Assembly: GCA_019352125.1 (NCBI GenBank)
Contig: JABBNV010000002.1
Coordinates: forward strand, 4,823-38,046
DNA length: 33,224 nt
Source of the DNA: Acidobacteriota bacterium
GTDB taxonomy: Bacteria > Actinomycetota > Actinomycetes > Actinomycetales > Micrococcaceae
Direction of reading: 5' to 3'
This document shows, piece by piece, positions 1 to 7,306 of this stretch; position 1 is the stretch's first letter, and each line of letters begins with the position of its first letter. The translations under genes and the position numbers were made by a program. The notes beneath the pieces were generated by a model. It saw only the letters and a list, made by a program, of their open reading frames with translations, was not told the origin of the DNA and searched no databases.

Positions 1-56
1 ACCAGTCCAATAAGAGCTAAAAGTACTCGGTTGAGCCCGCGAGGCGTAGCGTTCAT
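1..56 (-). CDS. 5' end of a membrane protein, probably AmaP-like (Asp23 membrane anchor); runs off the window
   Basis: ATG at 56 overlaps the TGA of the upstream gene (ATGA) and translates as MNATPRGLNRVLLALIGL..., the start of a TM helix. Family call is from its position in an Asp23 cluster. Confidence 0.6.
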   Translation of the reverse strand, partial: MNATPRGLNRVLLALIGL

Positions 57-652
57 ACGCCAATCACCCCGGAATGGGAAACGTTGACGGTAACCGTTGG
101 CATGGGCGACGGTGCCATCTTGGTCAGTTCCGCTTCCACCGCTTGGGCAATGCGTTCGGCGCTGACAGCCATTCCTGACGTTGGGCGCACATTCACAGTC
201 ACCAGCCGTTGGCCGACCACCACCATGACTTGGTCACGAGTCACGCCGGCACTCAGCCGTGCCCGGCGAGCCAGAGCCGCTGCAATGACTTCGTCATCCA
301 CCACCGTATGGACGCGTTGATCCAGCAGCGTGTGCCGCGCTCGCTTCCCTGGCAGCACGGCGTTGAGGAAGAACAGCAGGCCAATCAGAAACAGCACCAC
401 ACCCACTAGGCCCAGCAACACGGGCTCGGTTCCCGCGGGAAGATGCGCCATTTTATCCACGGCCGTTTGCGGATCATTGAGCCATGGCGGCTGACCCACT
501 GCTCGCAGGGCGGATTCAAGCAGTCCATAGATAGCCAAGAGAATGATCACGGCAGCGGCAACACCACTCAAGACGGACCGCGAGGAATGCGTTTCGCGGC
601 GCAGCGCCTTAGCCATCATGCGCTGTTGGCCGTCGGTCGATTCCGCGCTCAT
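53..652 (-). CDS. DUF6286-like membrane protein of the Asp23 cluster
   Basis: 199 aa with two TM segments then a soluble domain. ATGA overlaps at both ends. Confidence 0.7.
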   Translation of the reverse strand: MSAESTDGQQRMMAKALRRETHSSRSVLSGVAAAVIILLAIYGLLESALRAVGQPPWLNDPQTAVDKMAHLPAGTEPVLLGLVGVVLFLIGLLFFLNAVLPGKRARHTLLDQRVHTVVDDEVIAAALARRARLSAGVTRDQVMVVVGQRLVTVNVRPTSGMAVSAERIAQAVEAELTKMAPSPMPTVTVNVSHSGVIGV

Positions 653-1029
653 TGCACCCTCCGGCCAGTGACGTGTTTGGCTCCCGTGATGCGAATATCA
701 ACGCGGCTCAGCTCGGAACCGGTGAGCTCCCCTACCGTAGCTCCAATAATGCCCTTCGCCGCCACGGCGCGGTCCCATACGGTACCGCCCAGCGCGGCAA
801 CCTTGGCAGGGTTATGCACCACGTCCATCAAAGGGGGGATACCAATGGGGACGGCAACGGACAAAGCCAGCAGGCCGCCGTCGTCCGCAAAACTTACGCG
901 CACGTCCGCAGCCGAGACATCAAAAGCCTTGGCCGTGGCCATTTTGGCGATACTGCCCAGGGCCGCCGCATTGATGCGATTGTGGCCAGCCAGCTGCCCA
1001 GAACTGGTATTACCGGTACCTGCCGTCAC
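649..1029 (-). CDS. Asp23-like small protein (divergent paralogue)
   Basis: 126 aa. 'RINAAALGSIAKMA' and 'GELTGSELSRVDIRITG' echo the Asp23 termini. Coupled by ATGA overlaps. Confidence 0.65.
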   Translation of the reverse strand: MTAGTGNTSSGQLAGHNRINAAALGSIAKMATAKAFDVSAADVRVSFADDGGLLALSVAVPIGIPPLMDVVHNPAKVAALGGTVWDRAVAAKGIIGATVGELTGSELSRVDIRITGAKHVTGRRVQ

Positions 1030-1217
1030 GAGGAGGATCGCCGTCCGGTGAGAGCATCAATGACGCCACGCGGATCCAGCTTCCCTTCCAGAGCCCGGCC
1101 AACAGCGGCTCCCACAAGCATGAAGATGACGGCAATCAAGAAACCCCAAAAACCAAACTGGAACGCCATGAACGCTAGAAACGCCCCCACGCCCAGGCCA
1201 ACTACTGTCAAATTCAT
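1026..1217 (-). CDS. DUF2273-like small integral membrane protein
   Basis: 63 aa, two Gly-rich TM helices, directly after the Asp23 gene with an ATGA overlap. Confidence 0.75.
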   Translation of the reverse strand: MNLTVVGLGVGAFLAFMAFQFGFWGFLIAVIFMLVGAAVGRALEGKLDPRGVIDALTGRRSSS

Positions 1218-1705
1218 AGCACTTCTCTCTTTGCTCCGGTGGAACCAGTGCCCGCGGTAACGTGGCCGCTGGGCCGTGCTGAAGCCTTGTCCTCGACCGT
1301 GGCAATGAAGACATCCGTGATCTCAACATTGACTTCGATCACCATGAGACCTACCAGCTTTTCAACCGCTGCGTAGACGGCCGATCGAATGGCATTGGCC
1401 AGCTGCTGCAGCGGCACCCCATATTCCGCCACCAGATTGACGTCCACAGCAACCTGCGTTTCCCCCACTTCCACGCGAATTCCCTGGGTCATGTCCGTTG
1501 AGCCGACAGCGTCACGGATGGCTCCCAATGCACGCGCAGATCCGGAGCCCAGGCCGTGAACGCCAGGAACGGAGCGTGCCGCAATGCCCGCAATCTTGGC
1601 GACGGCCGCATCGAAAATGACCGTAGAACCTTGAGCCCCTGGGGTAGGCGCGGTGCGCGGAGGAAGTGAATCCGCCGCCAAGGGTGCCGGTGTTGGATCA
1701 GTCAT
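1214..1705 (-). CDS. Asp23/Gls24 family envelope stress response protein
   Basis: Motifs 'AVAKIAGIAARSVPGVHGLG', 'GIRVEVGETQVAVDVNLVAEYG' and 'EVNVEITDV'. ATG 1705 chosen for the AGAGAGG RBS. Confidence 0.92.
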   Translation of the reverse strand: MTDPTPAPLAADSLPPRTAPTPGAQGSTVIFDAAVAKIAGIAARSVPGVHGLGSGSARALGAIRDAVGSTDMTQGIRVEVGETQVAVDVNLVAEYGVPLQQLANAIRSAVYAAVEKLVGLMVIEVNVEITDVFIATVEDKASARPSGHVTAGTGSTGAKREVL

Positions 1706-1737
1706 GGATTCCAAGCCTCTCTATTGTTCCTACCGTA

Positions 1738-1743
1738 AGCCTA
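1738..1743 (-). promoter_or_regulatory. Candidate -10 element (TAGGCT) of the Asp23 operon
   Basis: TANNNT hexamer about 33 nt before the ATG, followed by an RBS. Confidence 0.45.
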
Positions 1744-1780
1744 TGCAGGGACACTCAGCAGGGCAATGCGATGGCACCTG

Positions 1781-2212
1781 CTATTGGGCGTTCGACTGCG
1801 ACGGCGGCATGATCAGCACCGGGCAACTGGTCTTGTAGACAAGACGATGCGCCAACCGTGGAGATACGGAACTGATGGCACCGCGTGGAGCATCCACCAC
1901 CAGCAACTCCGCGCCCATGGATTCGCCCAGTAGTACTTTGCTAGGCGTACCGCGCACCAGCTTGCACTCCACCTCAACACCCAGGGTGTGTATCACTTGG
2001 TCTCGCAGGGCTTTCTCCGCCTGAGCAAACAGTGTCTTTGTATCCGCTGCAACCGCCGGCGGCCTGGTCCCCGAAGTACCTGGTGCTCGCGGCGGGGTCC
2101 ATGCCTGAACGGCCACCAGTTGAGCGTTGCGGAGTTCTGCCTCCCGCGCGGCCATCCGCAATGCTCCCGGTGAGCCGCTTGATGCGCTCACACCAACCAC
2201 CACTTTGGTCAT
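1781..2212 (-). CDS. Universal stress protein (single USP domain)
   Basis: 'KVVVGVSASSGSPGALRMA...GAELLVV...CPVLIMP' USP pattern. Start overlaps the MFS stop (ATGA). Confidence 0.88.
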   Translation of the reverse strand: MTKVVVGVSASSGSPGALRMAAREAELRNAQLVAVQAWTPPRAPGTSGTRPPAVAADTKTLFAQAEKALRDQVIHTLGVEVECKLVRGTPSKVLLGESMGAELLVVDAPRGAISSVSPRLAHRLVYKTSCPVLIMPPSQSNAQ

Positions 2213-3687
2213 GACTCTTCTCCTCTTCTTGACACGGGTTCCTTAACTCTGGAGAGCGGATCTGCCACGTCCTCCAACCCCTTACCTTCAGCATCCACGC
2301 CAAAGAACAGCGCAATCAGTCCACCGAGCAGCATGATGCCCGCGCCCAGGTAGTAACCGGCGCTCAGTGGCCCCCTGTCATGGCCGTCACCCACCAAGGC
2401 TCCGAAGATCACCGGCCCCAGCGACCCGACAATCTGGGCTACTGCAAAGAAGTACGAAATTGCTTGCCCACGCAATTCAAGAGGGAAGATCTCGCTCACC
2501 GTCAGGTACGCGCTGGACGCACCTGCGGAGGCGAAGAAGAAGGCTACACACCACAAGACGACGTGAATGGTGGCGTTAATGCTTCCAGCCTGGAAGAGCA
2601 TGGCGGAAAATGCCAGCACGACGGCGGCCAGGCCGTAGGTGCCAAAAATCATCTTGCGTCGGCCAACAGTGTCAAAGAGTGGGCCCAGCAACAGCGGGCC
2701 CAACAGGTTTCCGATGGCGAAGGGGAAAAAGTAGATTGCAATGGAGCCCTTAGGAATGGCGTAGAAATTCTCTAACACCAAGGCGTAGCTGAAGAAGATG
2801 GCGTTATAGAGGAAGGACTGCGTAATCATCATGCTGAGGCCCAAGAACGTTCGCTTGGGGTAGTCCTTGACGAACACGCGCACCACTTGGGAGAACGGAA
2901 CGCTGGTTACTGGAGCGATCAGCATTGCCTGATCCTCCGTGACCACACTCAGCGTCTTCCCGGAGGCTTCCATATCCGCCTCGATCTTGTCCACAATGAC
3001 GGTGGCTTCGTCCCCCTTGCCGTGCGTCACCATCCACCGCGGGCTTTCCGGGATGTGCCGGCGCAGGTAAATGATGATCAGCCCCAGCACGGGGCCAATG
3101 AAGAAACCGATCCGCCAGCCCCAACCGTTCGCGAAGTCCGGGTTGTCAGTCGGGAGCAGGAAGAAGTTCGCTGCGGCGCCTAGAGCAGCACCAGCCCAGT
3201 ACGTTCCATTGACGGCAATATCAACCCGGCCGCGGTACCTGGAGGGGATCAGCTCATCAATAGCGGAGTTGATAGCCGTGTATTCCCCGCCGATGCCGGT
3301 ACCCGCAATGAATCTGAAGACCCAGAGAAACCACATGTCCTGGGAGAGACCAGCAATTCCGCTGGCCACCAGATAGATGGCCAGGGTGAGGATGAACAGT
3401 CGCTTTCGTCCGAGCCTGTCTGCCAAGCGGCCAAAGAAAAGGGCACCCACTACCTGACCAATCAGATAGACGGTGCCCGTGAGGCCAATTTGCTCACTGT
3501 TCATATGGAGCGCAGTGGCAAATCCGTTTTGCGCAACAATTTGAACTTCCAGACCGTCCAGAATCCACGAGACTCCGAGGCCCACCACCACCGTCCAATG
3601 AAATTTGGTCCACGGCAGCCTGTCCATCCGCGCCGCAACAACACTGCGGATCGGCTTCGGCGTGTCAACACTTGCTGAGTTAGTCAC
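2209..3687 (-). CDS. MFS transporter (sugar/organic-acid porter-like)
   Basis: About 12 TM helices, motif A 'GRLADRLGRKR', 'ELIPSRYRG', 'PESPRW', 'SEIFPLELRG'. GTG 3687 preferred for the AAGGAGGAG RBS; the ORF is open to 3738. Confidence 0.92.
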   Translation of the reverse strand: MTNSASVDTPKPIRSVVAARMDRLPWTKFHWTVVVGLGVSWILDGLEVQIVAQNGFATALHMNSEQIGLTGTVYLIGQVVGALFFGRLADRLGRKRLFILTLAIYLVASGIAGLSQDMWFLWVFRFIAGTGIGGEYTAINSAIDELIPSRYRGRVDIAVNGTYWAGAALGAAANFFLLPTDNPDFANGWGWRIGFFIGPVLGLIIIYLRRHIPESPRWMVTHGKGDEATVIVDKIEADMEASGKTLSVVTEDQAMLIAPVTSVPFSQVVRVFVKDYPKRTFLGLSMMITQSFLYNAIFFSYALVLENFYAIPKGSIAIYFFPFAIGNLLGPLLLGPLFDTVGRRKMIFGTYGLAAVVLAFSAMLFQAGSINATIHVVLWCVAFFFASAGASSAYLTVSEIFPLELRGQAISYFFAVAQIVGSLGPVIFGALVGDGHDRGPLSAGYYLGAGIMLLGGLIALFFGVDAEGKGLEDVADPLSRVKEPVSRRGEES

Positions 3688-3837
3688 TGCGCTCCTCCTT
3701 GAGGCCAACGGCGGCATAACCTTCATGCCCTGCAGCAATACATTGAGCTCGAACGTCCCACCGTCGACCCCACGCCACAGAAACTTACTCGCTTAGACAG
3801 TGTGCTGACAAATGTTTTTCAAAACACTGGATGCCGG

Positions 3838-3874
3838 AAAAGAAAAAAGAACCCCTCTCATGGAGGGGTTCTTT
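3838..3874 (-). terminator. Intrinsic terminator of the tRNA operon
   Basis: Minus strand AAAGAACCCCTC-CATGA-GAGGGGTTCTTT followed by a T-rich tail, immediately 3' of tRNA-Phe. Confidence 0.88.
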
Positions 3875-3878
3875 AGTG

Positions 3879-3951
3879 TGGCTCCGACCGGCGTCGATCC
3901 GGTGACCTTTCGATTTTCAGTCGAACGCTCTACCAACTGAGCTACAGAGCC
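3879..3951 (-). tRNA. tRNA-Phe (GAA)
   Basis: GGCTCTGTAGCTCAGTTGGTAGAGCGTTCGACT-GAA-AATCGAAAGGTCACCGGATCGACGCCGGTCGGAGCCA forms a cloverleaf. CCA is not encoded. Confidence 0.97.
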
Positions 3952-4000
3952 TTGGTGAACTGATCACCTTGGACATTTTCGGTCAAACCGAAAAACCAAG

Positions 4001-4074
4001 CGACCCTGACGGGACTCGAACCCGCGACCTCCGCCGTGACAGGGCGGCGCGCTAACCAACTGCGCTACAGGGCC
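4001..4074 (-). tRNA. tRNA-Asp (GTC)
   Basis: GGCCCTGTAGCGCAGTTGGTTAGCGCGCCGCCCT-GTC-ACGGCGGAGGTCGCGGGTTCGAGTCCCGTCAGGGTCG. Confidence 0.97.
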
Positions 4075-4110
4075 TTGAATTTAGCACTTTCGGGCCAAAT
4101 CAAGAGTTAC

Positions 4111-4119
4111 ATCTTATCA
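4111..4119 (-). promoter_or_regulatory. Candidate internal extended -10 promoter (TGaTAAGAT) for tRNA-Asp/Phe
   Basis: TGn-TANNNT in the Glu-Asp spacer, about 36 nt before tRNA-Asp. Confidence 0.45.
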
Positions 4120-4150
4120 GCATTTTCACGCTGTTTTCGCCATAAGCGAG

Positions 4151-4223
4151 TACCCCCAACGGGATTCGAACCCGTGCCGCCGCCGTGAAAGGGCGGTGTC
4201 CTAGGCCGCTAGACGATGGGGGC
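4151..4223 (-). tRNA. tRNA-Glu (TTC)
   Basis: GCCCCCATCGTCTAGCGGCCTAGGACACCGCCCT-TTC-ACGGCGGCGGCACGGGTTCGAATCCCGTTGGGGGTA. Confidence 0.97.
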
Positions 4224-4292
4224 ATAGGACACATTCAAAACACGAGCTGCCGAAAAAAGTGCAAGCAGATTGCTCCGAAGTGGACCTATAAA

Positions 4293-4321
4293 ACTATAGG
4301 GGCAGATCCCCAAATACACAA
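4293..4321 (-). promoter_or_regulatory. Housekeeping promoter of the tRNA operon
   Basis: TTGTGT-17 nt-TATAGT on the minus strand, about 70 nt upstream of tRNA-Glu. Confidence 0.65.
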
Positions 4322-4379
4322 AACGCCGCACAAGTCTGACTCGCAGAACCGATTCGATCAATGCCGCGATGGACAAATC

Positions 4380-4433
4380 GAGATGACAGTTGGTGGGGCT
4401 TCAGTTGACTGAAGCCCCACCAACTGTCATCTC
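4380..4433. repeat. Perfect inverted repeat, 26-bp arms with 2-nt centre (REP-like palindrome)
   Basis: GAGATGACAGTTGGTGGGGCTTCAGT-TG-ACTGAAGCCCCACCAACTGTCATCTC, checked base by base. Confidence 0.92.
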
Positions 4434-4497
4434 ACGCGTCAAGAAACTAAGAAGGTGCCAGAGACACGCCGGTGCAAATGTTAGAGAATTACATCCC

Positions 4498-4551
4498 TGT
4501 TGTTTATGTTATTCATGTGGCAAGTGTTGCCAAAGTGACATTTGTACACGT
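4498..4551 (+). promoter_or_regulatory. Six degenerate direct repeats in 9-bp phase abutting a candidate -10 (TAGCCT, 4551-4556)
   Basis: TGTTGTTTA/TGTTATTCA/TGTGGCAAG/TGTTGCCAA/AGTGACATT/TGTACACGT starting at 4498, 4507, 4516, 4525, 4534 and 4543. Confidence 0.55.
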
Positions 4552-4771
4552 AGCCTATGTCCTGTTGTGTTGACGCAATCAGGCAAAAGTAGTGCGACCG
4601 GAGACTTTAGCTCCCCGGATGGCAGCGGAACTCACCGCTCTTTTAGCCCCAGATTGGCCTAGTGATCTAGTCCCAGTCGCGTCACGCACATTGGGCTAGT
4701 TGAGGACAATGGGTATGAGTTTGGCGAAGCAACCAGCTGACGTCTCGGTGAAGGGCAAGGGTCGTCGCACC

Positions 4772-6169
4772 ATGCGCACGGTACATTTTGCCGTTCGCAG
4801 CACAGTTGTTGTTGCCTGCGCCGCTCTGGTGTTGGGCTCCATCACCACAGGCGCTCAAGCCTCCGTACTGCCAACCTCCGTCCAGCCAGCAACGGCACTG
4901 CCCGCGCAAAAGTCCACTATCGACATCCCTACCCCGGATGATATTGCTGCCGCAAAGAGTAGCGAGGCGGGAACCGCTGCCGAAGTTACCAAGATTGAAG
5001 CACTGCTGGACGCTGCCAACGCTAAGCTGAAGGCCAGCATTGGTGATTCCAGCCGCGCAAATGATGCCTACACGTCCGCATTGACCACGCTGGCGGATCG
5101 CCAGAGCGCGGCCGCCACTGCTAAGGCCAAGGCCGCGGAGGCTCAGGCAGCTTCAGACAAGGCCAAGAAGCAAGTGGGTCAACTAGCTGGGGACCTCTAC
5201 AAAAATGCTGGCATGACGCCGGGAGTGCAATCCATCCTGACCGGCGCAACCAATGCTGACTCGCTCTACGAGGCCTCCACGCTGAACGCCCTGGGGGAAT
5301 CGCGCAACACCATCCTTGCCAACGCGCAGAGCGCTGCCGGGTCCGCAAAATCGCTTAAGGACCAGGCCGACGCCGCGCAACGTGCGGCAGACGATGCCAG
5401 CAGGACGGCCAACGACGCAAAGTCCGCGGCACAAGGCGCTGTGGATGCTCAAAACCAGGCCGTCGCCCAGACAGCCAGTGACAAGTCCACCTTGATTGAC
5501 CAGTTAGCCACCTTGCACAACACCACCGTCGCCTTGGAAACTCAGCGGGTCAACGGCCTCGAAGCGCAAAAACAGCAGGCAGCTCTGGCCGCCGTGATGG
5601 CAGCAGCTACGGCCAAGGCTGCCGCAGACCAACAAGCAGCATCTCAAGCGGCCGCTGCCCAGGCCGCGCAACAGCTGCCCGCTGCGCAGACGCAGGCAGT
5701 GGTGCCGGTGCAAGCCGCGCCCGCACAGCCAGCTGCACCGGTTGCCTACACTCCCCCCGCGGCACCACAAGCGCCCCCGGTCAACAACCCTGCCCCGCCG
5801 AGCTCAGGTGGCGGCTCAGTGGTGGGCTTTGCCCTGTCAAAGGTGGGCAGCCCGTACTCCTGGGGCGGCACGGGCCCGGGTTATGACTGCAGCGGACTCG
5901 TATGGAAGGCCTACGCCTCTGTGGGCATCAACCTGCCCCGCGGTGGTAGCGACCAGTTCAACGCAGCCCCCATCCACGTACCGCTCAGCCAAGCCCAGCC
6001 AGGCGATTTGGTGATGTTCAACTCGGCCGGGCCCAACTATTGGACGCACATTGCCATCTACATTGGCAACGACCAGATCGTTCAGGCCCTGAACCCGACA
6101 GATGGCGTTTCCGTGAACACGATCGCCAGCATGTGGGTTCCGCCGTATGGAATCGTTGCCCGGTACTAG
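4772..6169 (+). CDS. Secreted NlpC/P60 (C40) peptidoglycan endopeptidase with coiled-coil domain (RipA/CwlO-like)
   Basis: Signal peptide ending AQA, Ala-rich coiled coil, Pro/Ala/Gln linker, and C-terminal 'GSPYSWGG...YDCSGL...QPGDLV...HIAIYIG'. Start uncertain (4700, 4715 or 4772). Confidence 0.92.
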   Translation: MRTVHFAVRSTVVVACAALVLGSITTGAQASVLPTSVQPATALPAQKSTIDIPTPDDIAAAKSSEAGTAAEVTKIEALLDAANAKLKASIGDSSRANDAYTSALTTLADRQSAAATAKAKAAEAQAASDKAKKQVGQLAGDLYKNAGMTPGVQSILTGATNADSLYEASTLNALGESRNTILANAQSAAGSAKSLKDQADAAQRAADDASRTANDAKSAAQGAVDAQNQAVAQTASDKSTLIDQLATLHNTTVALETQRVNGLEAQKQQAALAAVMAAATAKAAADQQAASQAAAAQAAQQLPAAQTQAVVPVQAAPAQPAAPVAYTPPAAPQAPPVNNPAPPSSGGGSVVGFALSKVGSPYSWGGTGPGYDCSGLVWKAYASVGINLPRGGSDQFNAAPIHVPLSQAQPGDLVMFNSAGPNYWTHIAIYIGNDQIVQALNPTDGVSVNTIASMWVPPYGIVARY

Positions 6170-7179
6170 GGAGTACCGAGCAGTGGCCCGAAGGAGGGCC
6201 TGTCCTCCAGTCGCGGATCCGGTACATCCCGCACCACCATCACCGGCCCCTTCGCATGATGCAGCACCCCGTCCGTAGTGGAACCCAGCAGCATGCCAGC
6301 GAAACCACCCTTGCCTCGGGAGCCCAGCACCAACAGTTCTGACTCACGGGAGGCCTCGATCAAGGCCTCCACGGGTTGCGCGTCAATGAGTTCCATACTG
6401 ATGTCCAGCTTCGGAAAGTGACTCTGCAGCCAGGATTTCCCGGCAGCTAGTTGGCCACGAATTTCCTCAAACAGGCCGTCATGATCAACCGCCGCGGGCA
6501 TCCATGCCAGGGAGCCGTTGTACGGCGGAACGGCACACAGCACCCGCAGAGACAACCCTGAACTCATTGCATATTCAGCGGCAGTCAGGACGGCGGACCG
6601 GGCCTGCTCCGAGCCGTCCACACCCACCGTCACCTGCGCCTTCACATCCTGCGGCAGGCTCTGATCCTTGCCGGGATGAGCGGGCGCTTCGCCCAGACGA
6701 GCCGCACAGGTCAACGGAACCGTCACGGTGGGGCAATGCGAGTGCGCCGGAAGGGCACTGGAAACCGAACCCAACAGGCGCCCAACAAAGCCGCCCCTAC
6801 CGCGCGTACCGAAAACCAGCATGGTGGCCGTCTTGCTGAGGTCCAGCAGCACGCCAGCAGCATCCCCGCTTTCCACACGCGCATCCACGTCAATGTTGAA
6901 CGAGGCTACTTTCTCCTGCGCATGCGCAACTACAGCCCGGGCACTCTCCCGGATGACGTCGTCGTCAACCGTGGCGTACCCGCCGTCCAAACCTGAAGCC
7001 GCAAACACCGGCACGGAATAGGCCGTTACGAGGTGCAGCGGCAGGTGTTGCCGCTCCGCTTCCCGTGCCGCCCAGATCACGGCGCAATCGCCCTGATCCG
7101 AACCGTCCACACCCACCACGATTCCGGTGGCTGGAACGGGCGCTTCCTGCGGATCAATCTCTGCTGATTCGTGCGTCAT
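6166..7179 (-). CDS. Universal stress protein, tandem two-domain
   Basis: Two 'VGVDGS...G(T/S)RG(R/K)GGF.G.LLGS...P..(T/V)V' domains. ATG 7179 has a GGAGG RBS. Confidence 0.93.
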   Translation of the reverse strand: MTHESAEIDPQEAPVPATGIVVGVDGSDQGDCAVIWAAREAERQHLPLHLVTAYSVPVFAASGLDGGYATVDDDVIRESARAVVAHAQEKVASFNIDVDARVESGDAAGVLLDLSKTATMLVFGTRGRGGFVGRLLGSVSSALPAHSHCPTVTVPLTCAARLGEAPAHPGKDQSLPQDVKAQVTVGVDGSEQARSAVLTAAEYAMSSGLSLRVLCAVPPYNGSLAWMPAAVDHDGLFEEIRGQLAAGKSWLQSHFPKLDISMELIDAQPVEALIEASRESELLVLGSRGKGGFAGMLLGSTTDGVLHHAKGPVMVVRDVPDPRLEDRPSFGPLLGTP

Positions 7180-7306
7180 CGTCGTGTTCCTCCATCCGGC
7201 CGCGTCCTTGCGAGCAGGGCCATACTCACGACTATCGTCGCGAATTGCGGGCAGGTCAAGCAGCTGCCTACTTCTGCCAGGCCGCGCCGCATGGCAGAGT
7301 GTGACC

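Noticed and set aside
1..3879. Possible genomic island downstream of tRNA-Phe
   Set aside because: No integrase, no duplicated tRNA 3' end and no obvious compositional shift in the window. The native terminator directly follows the tRNA.
4380..4551. CRISPR array or iterons
   Set aside because: One palindrome and degenerate 9-mers, with no repeat-spacer pattern and no cas or rep gene.
4185..4662. Small ORFs 4185..4412 and 4390..4662
   Set aside because: They overlap tRNA-Glu, its promoter and the palindrome, and lack an RBS and typical codon usage.
4560..4771. c-di-AMP (ydaO) riboswitch before the NlpC/P60 gene
   Set aside because: The characteristic conserved segments were not recognisable. 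Kept only as an unknown structured leader.
5570..5810. Low-complexity GCN/CCN/CAG-rich stretch
   Set aside because: It encodes the Ala/Gln/Pro linker of the NlpC/P60 protein and is not a DNA-level repeat element.
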